Of a DNA stretch of 64,000 nucleotides, positions 36,686-49,693 are shown piece after piece. The notes under the pieces are model-generated. The model saw only the letters and a list, made by a program, of their open reading frames with translations. It ran no database searches and was not told where the DNA came from. How positions within the stretch are numbered: the stretch's first letter is position 1; every line of letters begins with the position of its first letter. The DNA comes from Eledone cirrhosa (taxonomy: Eukaryota). The stretch spans positions 200,446,001 through 200,510,000 of the forward strand of contig OZ024741.1 in NCBI GenBank assembly GCA_964016885.1. The letters are read 5' to 3'. Both the position numbers and the translations under genes were made by a program.

Positions 36686-37415
36686 GAGATGTATGTGCAT
36701 GTATTATGTATGTATATGTATGTGCATATGATATTATTCTCCTAGGTTCATGTATACGTGTCGGTTATTTTTTGTTTGAAGAGACTGAAAATATGTTTGT
36801 CACACCCTGAATATAACCGCTAATAGTTCGGTCAACTTGACCTTCCTCTTTTGAGAAAGGTCACGTGACGACTCAGGCACATTTACTACTAAGGTAGAAT
36901 GCCTCACTGACTTCAGTGGATAACACGTAACAAAGCTTGCCAACGAAGAGACTTCCAGTTCCATCGTGAAAATGCACACATATGACTTGCATATGCATTA
37001 TGCAACTTCTAAGGTTCCAGAAACCTATCGGAGATTTTTATCGATTTGTATCGATTCTAATCGATTCGAGATGGTTCAGGTTAGTCTTCAGCCTATTTGT
37101 ATTTATCGTTGTTGTGTATAAGTATGGCCGCTGCTTTTGGTCATTTTTCTTGGTGACATACTTTCTTAACTTTGTGTTTACTTTGGACGATAATATATTA
37201 ACTTTTCTCTCCGTTTAATGCTTTGTGACCGCCCCAAACAATTCGATTAGGATCTGCTATATTGCGGCTACAACTTTGATTCATACCTAATATCATATAT
37301 TTGGCTATTATTGGGTAAATTGGTGCACACGCGCACACACACATAACTCCCTAAAATTACTGTAGCACTTTGAGAGAATTTATCTAAACACTACAACTAT
37401 CCACACCCATTCTCT

Positions 37416-37738
37416 GCTACATGCAGCCTCAGATACTCAGGACATATCGGAGGGGTCATGCTGTTCCCAGCAAGCATGCTTTTGAAGTGTTCCAAAAAAG
37501 GGGATTGGATTAATGTTCTTTAACCATCCTTGAAAACTCTTCGAGATAGTACCTAGTTCTCCTATGACAATCGAGACAATCTTGATCTCATGACAGTCCC
37601 AAATCCTTTTTAATTTCCCCTTTAAATCCTGGTATCGGTTAATTTTCTCCTTCACCTTTCTTGCACTCTTGTGTCAAAGGGGCAGGGTACATCAACAATC
37701 AGACACGATCATTTTTCCTTTTCAAAAACTACCAGGCC
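37416..37738 (-). mobile_element. R4/Dong-type 3' fragment, older copy
   Basis: KINRYQDLKGKLKRIWDCHEIKIVSIVIGELG; the truncated 5' end abuts (ATT)4. Confidence 0.82.
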
Positions 37739-37752
37739 TATTATTATTATTC

Positions 37753-37920
37753 AGTAGACGGTCGGACGTCATGCTTTTCAGCATAGAGTTACGACCCTTT
37801 ATGAACTGAGTTCAAATCCCGCCAAGGTTAACTTTGCCTTTCATCCTTACGGGGTCGATAAAATAAAGTACCAGTAATGCACTGATATAATTGGTGGCCT
37901 TGTGTCAAAAGTAGAAACAA
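37753..37920 (+). mobile_element. SINE, main family (slightly 5'-truncated)
   Basis: B-box, core and tail present; flanked by tattattc on both sides. Confidence 0.87.
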
Positions 37921-38010
37921 CTATTATTCTTTTAACGTTTGTTCTATTTTGTCAGCAATTGTGACAAAACGTTTTGACAATCGATTGTTTAAAGCTGTTT
38001 ATTATTTATT

Positions 38011-39175
38011 GGTAAAATATCTTTCTAATAACCATCGTGGAACGGTTCCAAAGACGAATTTTGCTATGGTTTTCCTTCAAAAATTTCAAAATGGCCTGTT
38101 CCTTTATTGGCAAAAGTAATGAGTCAGTATTTTTAGAAGCTGTTGATACGAGTGGGGAGACTGAAACATCAGTTTGTGCTCCCAAACAAGACAAAAGCAA
38201 CAACAACAACAACTTCCTAGCTTTAATACTGCCTTCACCACAAGATATGCTGGATGTCAAAACACACACAAGAAACAACAACAACAACAACAACAACACC
38301 AGCATCACCACCAGCAGCAACAAAGAAAACAACAGCAACAACAACAACACTACCGACAACATCAACAACAACCAGCAACAACAGCAACTCATTCCCCGCT
38401 GCCAAGAAAATGCCATGTTTTCATATGGATCTAACTCCCAAGGAACAACGTTTGGCCCAGGCATGGCAAATAATCAAGCGGGGAAAAAACCTGGGCCAAC
38501 CTAAATGTCCCGGCTGAGGCAATGGAGGCGTTGGAGCGCAGAAGAATCACGTACAAATGCGTTTCGGTCCGGACTCGCAAAGCGGAGGTAACGCCTTGAG
38601 CTGAAGTTGAGGCTGCATTGAAGTGCATCTAAGAGATATTGAATTCAAGACAATGGGCAAACAATTTGGCACTATTTCAGTGCTGTTTAATTCCGAATCC
38701 CTCGCCCTAAAACCCTAACCCTAACCCTAACGCTAAAACACCCAGTGGCTCCCTGTAAGATGGAGCAAGTGGTGATGTATCCGTCCCACATGTACAGAAG
38801 AATAGTCAGGGTCCGCATTCCAAGAATCCTACCAAGACTGGACTTTTGGGGGCTCCTGGGATGTGTGATCGAGGAGGGCATGGATGCGTCACTCATTGAC
38901 GTCACCAAAACAGCTAAGGAGGACTGGTCTGGGGTGGATTTGGAGATCCTTCCCCAAATCAAACACGAAGACATAAAACGCATCCCGGACAACCATATAA
39001 GTGAGCACTGGGGGCCTTACAGAATTGGAGCGGCTTCTTTTCAACTTCTTGTGGAAGGGACAGGTTCTGTGGATGAGACTGTCCATCTGCTGCCAGCACC
39101 CTCAACATGGAGGCCTGGGCATGCCATGGCTAATGATGCTCAATATACGCTGAGGCTGTGGCATTTCCAGATACA
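38011..39175 (+). mobile_element. Internally deleted Tx1 copy (ORF1 5' part joined to a short ORF2 C-terminal piece)
   Basis: Starts after ttatttatt. QRLAQAWQIIKR and RRIVRVRIPRI, then a jump near 39000 to LERLLFNFLWKG...CCQHP. Confidence 0.82.
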
Positions 39176-39835
39176 CTACCATGTAAGGATGTTTTTTGCC
39201 ATCGTTTTAACATGGCATTCTGGATGTTAGTTTTCAATTTAAATTTCATGTCTTTCACAATTTCTATTGTTGTTTTTTTCTTTTTTTTTCATTTTCCTCA
39301 CAATTATCTGTTAGTCCAGTTTCTGATTGGAATATTTTGGCTTCCTTGAAGACCGAGACAAGTTTTTTGTTTTGTTCATGTTTCGTGGCTATTTGTATTA
39401 GCTTTCCATTGTTTTTTATTAGTTAGTAGTTATTTTATAAATAATCTTTCTATTCCTGATTTTGGATGGTGTGTTCTAAATGCGGTCATTATTTTTCTTG
39501 TTTTTCTATCTATTCCAAATGCACACGCTTATATGCTTTCCACGTACACTACTCCGACCCTATCCTATTTTAGCAACCACTCGGACACTCTACATGCTTA
39601 TGCCTCTTTAAATCTTTAAAATTTTATATCTTCATGTACATATATATCTAGTAAATAAAATCATAGTTTAGTGTTTATGAAGAAGATGGCTGATTGAACA
39701 GGGATTTCGAGACTAGAAATAAATAGTAACTTAACCACTACCATGCTAGTCGATGCATCGATCTCCACCGATCAATCGACCATCTGAAACGATAGAAAAA
39801 TAATGAAAAAATATCTACCTACGCCTGACTGGTGC

Positions 39836-39840
<5 letters not shown>

Positions 39841-39882
<42 letters not shown>
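39841..39882. repeat. (ATT)14 microsatellite, apparently unoccupied
   Basis: Directly visible; no Tx1 or SINE terminus adjacent. Confidence 0.9.
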
Positions 39883-39883
<1 letters not shown>

Positions 39884-40427
39884 TATGACCAAACACATAT
39901 ATGTATATGACAATGTAACCTGATCATCTACTTCAAAATCTAATGGTCACACTGCTGAATCTCGCAGCTTCCATCTTTCCAAGGACACATTGAGTTCTAA
40001 CAACGTTATCAGCCCCACCACAATTAGGGGATTACGCTATATATATATTCCAAATATATATATATATATATACAAAAACACACACACACACACGTGCGTA
40101 TTCTCACATACACATACTCGGCGTCCAGGACTCCGCACGTCCCTCTCTCCCACCCCCTCCGACCCCTCTCCATCCACACGCACATACACACATACACACA
40201 CCACCTTCCGCCCTCTTGCTCGGACCCTCAATTTCCTTCTCCCCTCTCCCTCCTCCATCCACCCACCACCACCTCTACACGCCTCACACCCTTTCACCAC
40301 TTGTTTTCATTTTAATTTTTTTACCCTCATTTTAATTTTTTTCCTTCCCTTTAACCCCCCCCCTTTAATGTCTTTCCACCACTCCCCCTCACACTCTCAG
40401 AAACTCTTTTCCTTCCCACTTTTCTCC

Positions 40428-40455
40428 TGATGAAGGGCTTATGCCCGAAACGTCG
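40428..40455 (+). ncRNA. Minimal hammerhead-ribozyme-like motif of a Penelope-like pLTR
   Basis: CTGATGA-A-GGGC(TTAT)GCCC-GAAAC-GTC; stem I pairing is poor. Confidence 0.6.
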
Positions 40456-40539
40456 TCCCCCACCCCCACTCTCAAGCGTGAACCTAATACCAACACTGTT
40501 TGTACTGCACTCTTCGTTATTGTTTTTGCGACAGGTTCA

Positions 40540-41420
40540 GAAAAGAACTCAGCCTTTTTTAAAGGCTTCAACCTCTCCATACAGGTTGAGGCCAGCCTCT
40601 CGGTCGTTAATTACCTCGACGTTACCATCAATTGTCGAATGGCTTTCACTAACCGTATATAAAGCCGAATGATATGCTTAATTACATAAGTAAGCATTCT
40701 AACCATCCTGCCAGCATAACCAAGAACCTGGTAAGAAACATATATGTTCACCGACCATTCCACATATTACAATGAAGCTCTTGCTCGGAGTGGATTTGTC
40801 GATAAGGTAGCATATACTAAGTATGAGCATAGACCAAGGAAAAATAGATCCCGACGCATTATATGGTATAACCCACCATATAATATGGAGGTGGCCACAC
40901 CATTAGCTAAGATCTTTCTCTCCCTTATTAAGAAGCATTTCCCCTCAGTACATAAATATAATAACATTTTTAATAGAAATACCATTAAAATATCTTACTC
41001 TACGACTCCTAACCTTGCACATAACATCACAGCTTCAAATTTAGCTAAATTACCTAGCCGTAGGAACACGTGCAACCCTGTAGCTAGTACTAACTGTAAT
41101 TGTAGGAATCAGGCTGACTGCCCTCTATCCGGGAAATGCCTCTCTAGTAACATTGTCTACAAATGTAAGGTCGAAATACACACGTCCCGTAGGGCCTACA
41201 TAGGGTTAACCGCCAATAGATTCAAGCAGCGTCTTTACATGCATACCCATTCTTTTCTTAACCCTTTAAGAAGGAATATGACGTAACTTTCAGCTTATAT
41301 CTGGAGTCTAAAAGACAACCACACCCAATATAGGTTACACTGGGAGATCCTAGCCAAAGCTAAACACAAATTTCATAAAACTTTCCTGTATTACAGCCCC
41401 ACATTATGCCTTAACGGATA
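40540..41420 (+). mobile_element. Penelope-like element fragment: RT thumb plus GIY-YIG endonuclease (possibly Naiad-type)
   Basis: VNYLDVTI, PYIKPN...SNHP, WYNPPY, KHFP, IFNRNTIKISYS, CNC..CPLSGKC, NIVYKC...YIGLT..FKQR..H..SF. Confidence 0.88.
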
Positions 41421-41784
41421 GTATGAACAATACGCGGATAATTTACGTCTTGATGTGGTAGCTAAGTATATGTTATGTTTATACCATTACTTATTTTTAT
41501 AGGTAAGTATACCTTACCCGTATGTTCTGTGAAGGAACGTATACTTTCTCGTACGTTTATATGCTTTTATTTGTTATAGGTGTATATATTATATTATATA
41601 TACTGGTATATGTGTATATGGTTATGTGTGCCTATGCGTGCATGTGTGTTTGCACGTGTGTAAGGTGTGTATATGTGTACATTGTGTTTTGGTGAACTTA
41701 TGTGTATTTACCTGTAGGTATGTGTGTGCGCGCGTTATATACGTATTTATGTGTGTATATTTATATACGTTTATATCATTATAT

Positions 41785-41786
<2 letters not shown>

Positions 41787-41872
<86 letters not shown>
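41787..41872. repeat. (CA)n(TA)n microsatellite within TG/TA-rich low-complexity DNA
   Basis: Directly visible. Confidence 0.92.
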
Positions 41873-42422
41873 TTTAAATGTGTATTTGGTATATACGTTC
41901 GTATGTGTGTGGGTACATGTGTCGTGCGGATTCATGTATGTGTGCGCATGTTTATGTGTACGTGCATGTATATGCATGCATGGCGGGTGTTTTGCGTATG
42001 CCTGTGTATGTACGTATATAGATGCGTGTATGTATATATTTAATTATTTGATTTTAATAACCTCTGTCATTTTCGTTCTACTAATTTATTTACATTATTC
42101 TAAACTCTAAAGCCGAGAATCATTCGGTTTCCTAAATAGAATATTAGTCTACGACTTCATTTATACCATAAACGTGGTTTTGTCTTTGCGTGTATTTGTT
42201 CTCACCGCTCCACATAACGACGTTTTATGTTCGCTATTATCCGTTCATTGCCAGGGAACGTCTTCACGAACCAAAGTATCGTCTTCCTGTTTTCCTTCGG
42301 CTGCAACGTTTTTCGAAATATTTACTTCTGCGTTTACAGATTGATTTTTTTAGTTTCAGAAGATTCCGTTAAGGGTGAAAGCAGCGATTCTTTGCTTAAA
42401 CTTTAATCTGTTATTTTAATAA

Positions 42423-42492
<70 letters not shown>

Positions 42493-42494
<2 letters not shown>

Positions 42495-43107
42495 TATATT
42501 TCTTTAGGTCGTTTTGGAAGGCTCAACAATACAGATGGGTAAATCTCCGGGTAACAAGATCCGGTGGTGGATTCTCGGCTTTAGCGTGTAGAAGAATGTA
42601 GGAAAGAGCGTAAAGGATAAAAATAATAACACGAGATAGAGTTACCTTGGGAGAGATTTAATTGTCCCTATATATTTCGGATTCTCATCCATCAACTGGG
42701 GGGGGGGGGTTATCTGTCGGAAAGGTGCGAAACGTGTCCTTCGCTGTTCGTTGTTTTGAATATCTTTTTGAATATCTTTTTGAATATCTTTTTGCTCAAA
42801 TATTCAAAACAACGAACAGCGGAGGACACCTTTCGCACCTTTCCGACAGACAACCTCCCTCCCCCGAACCCCCCCCCCACTTGATGGATGTGAATCCGAA
42901 ATATATAGGGATAATTAAATCTCTCCCAAGGTAACTCTATCTCGTGTTATTATTTTTATCCTTTACGCTCTTTCCTACATTCTTCTACACACTACACATC
43001 TCAACCTACATTCACTTACATCTCTCTCTCCACCACCGGATCTTGTTACCCGGAGATTTACCCATCTGCATTGTTGGGGCTTCCAAAACGTCCTAAAGAA
43101 ATATACC
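42493..43107. repeat. ~615-bp imperfect palindrome (fold-back)
   Basis: Arms at about 42493-42763 and 42800-43107 are reverse complements; the centre contains tandem tttgaatatctt. Confidence 0.9.
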
Positions 43108-43173
43108 TTATTATTCCACAATGCTTCAAGCAAACTTCAATACTCTCTTATATATATATATACACACACACAC

Positions 43174-43220
<47 letters not shown>

Positions 43221-43225
<5 letters not shown>

Positions 43226-43352
43226 ACATTGAGGACCGAGTAAGTTAGATCGCAGATATAAAAGACAGCGAGAAGCGAAAACCAACCAAACAGTGAGTGT
43301 GTTCTGTTATTAATTCTGGCAATATTACGCAAATATGACCCTCCCCAAGTAT

Positions 43353-43428
<76 letters not shown>

Positions 43429-43565
43429 ATACTTGGGGAGGGTCATATTTGCGTAATATTGCCAGAATTAATAACAGAACACACTCACTGTTTGGTTGGT
43501 TTTCGCTTTTCGCTTCTGTGTCTTTTATATTGGTCATCTAATTTATTCGGTCCTCAATGTTGCCA
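43221..43565. repeat. ~345-bp palindrome centred on (TA)n
   Basis: ORFs 43126..43446(-) and 43335..43541(+) begin with identical translations; the inner arms are exact reverse complements. Confidence 0.93.
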
Positions 43566-43573
43566 TTGGTTGT

Positions 43574-43692
<119 letters not shown>

Positions 43693-43714
43693 TAATAATA
43701 ATAATAATAATAAT

Positions 43715-46700
43715 GATTTCTTTATTAACCACAAGGGTTTACATAAAGTAGACATTAAGGACAGTGCAGGACAATACAGGACGGTACAAATGGGCATTTC
43801 TGCGTGTAAAAAACAAAAACAGAGGATGTATAAAAAAAATAATGAAAAATTCCCCAATAGGGGGGAGACTTCGGAGGGACATTTGTGGAGAAAGCCCAGT
43901 AAAAGGCCACAGTGAACCTGCCCACCAAGGCAAGTGCCCTCTCCCAGTTTTCCACCTTTAATTTACAGATACGTACTCAGAGTAGGCCCATTCAGTCGGG
44001 CTATTCTTGCTTCTCTCACATATCTTTCAACAAAATGCTGGGAAGAGAGCACTTCCCTCTCTACTCTGATTTTCCTTTTCAAATGAAATTTGAAAAAGTC
44101 AATCAGGGCATCACCGAAGAGGTAAGTGCTCGTCTTCAGCCCTTTCAAACGTGTCCACCATACTATCTCTTTCGCCATGGCCACCAGACAGATAAAAACT
44201 GCCTGCCCTTCCCGGCTAAAGGAAGAGGGCGGGGCAATCCTCACGATGGACTCAGATGATAGCCGGATCCGTCCTACACGCGACAGCAGGTGTTCGACAT
44301 AAACCCACAAGTCAGCAATTTTCGGACACTGGACAAGTTCGTGCAGGACGGTTTCGTCTCCCTGCGCGCATCTCGGACATGCCCGGCTGACGGCACCTCC
44401 ATGCCTGTAGAGTTTATCCCGAATTGGCAAGGCTCCTCGGTAGCACTACCAGGCCAGAGATTTCTGGAAGTTGTCCATAGGTCCCGGCCCGAAAGTTCTT
44501 CCGAAGAGATTGGCTAGTTGATTTTCGTCGACGCCTAGAGTTTCTCCAAGTAGTTCGTCGCTCTTCCCCTCCACTAATCCTCTATAGAACGCCGAGGTGG
44601 AGTTTCCACCGATCACATTACCCGATTGGTCGAGGGCTGTGAGCGCCTGAAGACATTCCAGTCTCCAGGCGCTCCCTCTCGGTCTTCGCTTGACCCAGGA
44701 CTGCAGCTCCGTCAAGGAAACGAGCTGCGGAAATACGTGTCTAGCAAATGGCGACCACACCTAATCACTGTCGAGGAAGAGGTGGAGATGTCGTAGCCTG
44801 AGCGCGTGTCTGCGCATCATCAGCCACGGCATGCCCAGCCTTCCACGTAGCGGGTGTTGACAGCAGATGGACCGCCTGACCATCGGAGCGCGTCTCTTCC
44901 ACAAAAAGCAAAAGAGCAAACGCTCCAGCGCAGTCAGGCGGGGCTTAGGACAAGGTACAACGGTCAGGCGATAGCAGATGACAGACGCGATGTACGTGTT
45001 AGCCACCTCCGCTCGACCTTTCAGGGATAGTTTCCTCTCTGCCCATTTCTGGGTGAGAGAAGCCACCCTGCTCGTCACCCTGTCCCAGTTTTTGTCCGTC
45101 TGGAGGTCCGGACCGAACCAGACCCCTAGCAACTTAACAGGTCCGTCCGTCCAGCGTCCGACGACGCTGTTGGACGGCATAGACCTGCCTCTCCAGGTGC
45201 CGAGCTGCAGACCCACTGACTTTTCCTGGTTGATCATTGCTCCTGTCACCGCTTCGTATTCTCTTAGTGTAGTGCCGATCGCCTCGATGTGTTTGGCGTC
45301 GACACCACTACGGTGACATCGTCTGCATATGCTGACACGGATCTTCCGCATCCTAGTTCGCGCGGGACGCCCCTCAATGTCTCCAGTTTGTGCAGTAATG
45401 GCTCGAGAGTCAATACGTACAAGAGGGACGAGAGGGGACATCCTTGGCAGACCGAGCGCATGATCTTGAACGGTTCCGAAAGGTGACCGTTCACTCTCAC
45501 CACAGAGCAGATGTCGCTGTGCATGGCAGCGATCCAGCCTCTGAAGACGGCCGCCCTCAGGACTGCCGCTAGGTAACGATGGTCGACCCTATCGAAAGCT
45601 TTCGACTGATCTAAATTGATCAAGGACCCACCCGTGCCAGGTTCCCTAGCTACCCTCTCTACGATGTATCGCATGAGGTGGAGGTTGTCGTGGATGGATC
45701 TGTCGGGAATGGCGCATGTCTGTGCCTCTCTCACCAGACCACCAACGACAAGCGCCAACCTCTTTGGTAGCACCTTGGCCAAAATCTTGAACTCTGCGTT
45801 TAGCAGAGTTATGGGCCTGAAATTATCTGTTATCACCCTTGTTCGGATCCTTTCTCAGCAGTGCCACCGCTCCTCGGCTCACAGAGCTGGGAATTCTCCC
45901 GTTCTGTTGCCAGTTGCAGTAGACGTCCGCCAAGAGGCCTCCGAACAAGTCTGGCATCTGTACGTAAAGTTCATAGGGCAGACCATCCAAACCAGGCGAT
46001 TTACCCCTTGTGCAGCCAGTCATTGCCTCCCGTACTTCAGCGGCTGTTATCGGCTTTTCGCAACACTCCGACTCAGTGGCCGAGAGCCGCGGCAGTCCGT
46101 CGAGGTAGACACTAAAGTCCATCCCTCGACCCGGCCCACCGCTGCCCCCGAACAGTTGAGCGAAGTGTCGCTGAAAAGCTTCACACATTTGCCCGGGATC
46201 GAGTAGCATGCGCCCGTCGTGTTCCACCAAAGACCGGATCGTGGCTTTGTTTCCACGACGCGCCTCCGCCACTCGGGCCCATTGAACGGCTTTCGTCCCC
46301 TCGAGTCTGCGAGCACGCACCCTAGCTCTGACAACGCAACCTTCGTGCTTTGCATTGAAGAATTGGTCAAGGGTCAATTTTGCCGCAAGCACGTCGGTCA
46401 CGATGCCTTTGCTAAGTGCTTCGTCTAATTTTCTAACTAGTTCTCCCTCTGCTCTATTTTTCTCTATTGCTAAAGTCTTACTAAACCTAATGGATTCTAT
46501 TCTAATCGTTCTTTTCAGAGCAAACCACCACTTGTTGTTGACGATGGCCCCCGTCAACGCCCGCTTAACTAGTTCGCTAATCCGGTCTCGGTAGGCCTTG
46601 CGCGCTGGTAAGGACGCGTTTAGCTTCCAGTAGCTGGGTCCTCGTCTATGAAGCCTATCTAAGTCAAGCACACAGATCACGAATTTGTGGTCCGTGTAGC

Positions 46701-49675
46701 TGACTATCTTGAATTGTGTACAGCCTATGCTAGACCTATCTATTTCCCTACAAAATACTCTATTTTGATCTGGATGACCCTATGCGATTTGTCTAAGTCC
46801 ACATTGGCACATTCGGGAAATCCAATCGGCACCTGTCAGACAGTTCAAAACGCCTGAGCAGGTTGGTGAGGCTCTTGCACCCTCCACCCCTATCCGCTAA
46901 TCCCACACAGTCCCAGCGTGCATGTAAGATCCCGTTCCAGTCGCCCACTAACACTAAAGAGCGGGACGTTCCAAGAAAGGTCTCCAGACGCCGGAAGAAA
47001 TCAGGCCGCCCTGCTCCTGCCGGGGCATAGACGTCCAGCACCACCAACTTGCCCTCTGGTTCCAGGAAGATGGCCCGTATGGCGAGATCCAAACCTCTCC
47101 GAAAAAGCACAGTAACTCCTCCCCCCGATCCAGGACAGCTGGGAGATGCGTACACATCGTAGCCGCCAAAGATCGGTGCGAAGGCCCGTGCTTCGGAGAT
47201 TCTGGTCTCGCTGATGGCCACTACATCTATGTTTAGTGACCTGAGGTCGTTGAGCAGGTGACCCTGCTTCCATGACGACCCCAAGCCACGCGCATTTATA
47301 CTGCCTATTCTGAGTGAGGTCATGTTTAAAATGGAGTGGAAAAGATGGGAAAGACCACTTACCGTACTTTTCGTAGAGGAAGGATGGTTTCTCCATCCCT
47401 TTTCACTTGATCGTCTGGTGAAGGGACCGTGAATCGTTCCTTCGGCTGGTTGTCGGCTCTTCTATGAGTATGTCCGAATATACTTTCCGGTTGAGAGTCC
47501 CTCCTAGGACTCTGAAATCACCAACTGCGTTGGGGAATTTCGTTTTAATGTTTGTGTATTGTTTCTGTGCTATTTTTACCAGTCTTATGTTCGTTGGCGT
47601 TTTGATTGGTGCTGGTATTATGTAGTCGTGCTGTGAAATGTCTGTGTGTTCAATTATGTAAGTCATTAGTTTCTTGTTGTATGTATTTATTGCCGTGCAT
47701 TTGTTTTTCTGGGGGTGGGGTGTGGTTCTGCTATTTTCTTGTCGTTGTTGCTGGGTGTGTGTGTTTTGTTGTGTTTGCGATGTTGGTGCTTGTGGTGGTG
47801 GTGTTGAAGGTGTTGTTGTTGTTGGCGGTGGGGTTGTCGCCGGTGGTGATGGTGGTGCTAGTGTGGGTGGTGATGGTGTTGGTGGTGTTGCTGCTGTGAA
47901 TCTCTTTGCAGTAGCCTTTACCCTTTTTTCATTTCTTTCCTCCCTTTTCGAAGGCGACGATGCGCTGCTTCTGCGTTTGTGCCTTCTAACGACCTTTTGC
48001 CATCCCTCTCCCACCTCACATTCAATGTCTGATTCTGTGAGGTCGGGGAGGGTTACCAGCTCCACTCTTTCACTTGTTGTTGTTGGTGATGTTTGCAGTG
48101 GAGTCTCTGTTGCAGCTGCATTTGGTATTACTGTTGTTGTTGTTAATACTTCCACTGCTGCTGCTGTTCTTGACTTCCGTGGCGTGGGTATGGGTGCCAC
48201 GGACCTATCGTTCCTGGTTGCCGCTTGTCCTGTTGCTGGTAGCCGTGGAGCCGGTTTCGGAAGGAGGGGGGTTTTCTCCTTTCTCAGGGTCTTCTCGTTG
48301 CAGAAGGCTCTGAGGTGAGTCTTCGATCCACAGCGAAAGAATTTCGGGCGTTTGCCCTCAACACTTATGGGCAGTTGAGTGCCGTTATCGAAGTCTATCA
48401 CATCCGGGATAGCTTCGATGCACTCCTGGTTGGTTTGGATTAACATCTCAATGGAGGTGCCGACCCAATCTTCTCTTACTTTTTTCTGTACTTGCAGTAC
48501 AGTTGTTTTGTCCTCGATTCCGACGAGGACAGACGCGGCCAGCCAAGAAGGGGCCATCCTGGGGGGGGGGGGGGTTAGTTTGACCGTCACAATTTTTTTC
48601 CCGCAGTCGGAGGGAACCAACACCATTTCTTCGCTCCTTAGGGTCACTAAGGATTGAGCCTTTGCCTCCTGGGGTGTGGCAAAAAGCACGTCTACGGTGG
48701 CATATTTCTTGCCTCGGGTGATATGCGTTTTCCGCTGCCACACAGCCCCTAAGGCTTTTTGTATTTGAGCCTCTGTGGCTCTTTCAACCCTACGGGATTT
48801 TGTGCTTACTGTACGGTACGTGACCGTACAGTGCTGTTAGGTTTCGAAAAATGTTTCGGCTACCTTTCAGATTGCTCGGTGTCCGGTTTTCGTCACCATC
48901 TTCTTCGCTTCCTGTAATTCCTCATTTGTTATGAGGATGGTTTCCAGGTTCTTTGCGATACCTGCAAACGAGATTGGTTTTTCTTTGCTGCTGTTGTCGT
49001 TGTTGTTGTTGTCGTCAGAGCTGCTGTTACTTTTGTTGTTGCTGCAGGTACTACGTCTACTGCCGCCGCCACTGTGGTTGTTGTTGTTGTTGCTGCTGCT
49101 GCTGTTGTTGTTTATGTTGCTGCTAATGCTGTTTCGGCTACTGTTGTTTTCCTTGTCACTGTTGCTGCTGCTGCTGTTATTACGGCTGCTACTGCTATTA
49201 TTCATAACGTCAGACGAATGAAATGGGTTTTCGTATTTACCGCACACCTTTTTCGTCATTGTCGTCGTCGTGGAGAAATCTTCCATGATTTTCACGTGAT
49301 TTTTCTTGACTGGCGTCGCTAGCGAAAGAGAAGGGAGGGAGAGGGACACATTTAGAGACGGGAGGGAGAGAGACAATCTTCTCTCTGCTGTAGTGACGAT
49401 TGAGGAAGAAGAAGACGGAATGAGTGGGAGTGACCTATGAAAATTATTTTTCGTGGCCATGTTTTTCTTGGGTTTAAAATAAATATTGGGCACAAAACCC
49501 CAATAAGCGGTTATTTAACCCTGAAGGGCCAAATAACGGGCAGAAAGACCCCTCTCACGAGGAGGAGGGTGTTTTTGTCTACAATTTGGTTAAAGTTTTA
49601 AACAATTTACAATTGTTATAGCGGTCAAAATTTACAATACCTTACAGAGCCGAGCCTCCGTCAACCATGGCATTC
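43715..49675 (-). mobile_element. Tx1 copy 5, full-length (type B ORF1 from 49460; ORF2 47323-43963), disrupted
   Basis: (AAT)n at 43691-43714 and 49676-49693. APE (GSINARGL, AISET, GDWN), RT (AYADD), CPRC...ETVLHELVQC; 3' end aacccttgtggttaataaagaaatc. Confidence 0.95.
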
Positions 49676-49693
49676 AATAATAATAATAATAAT

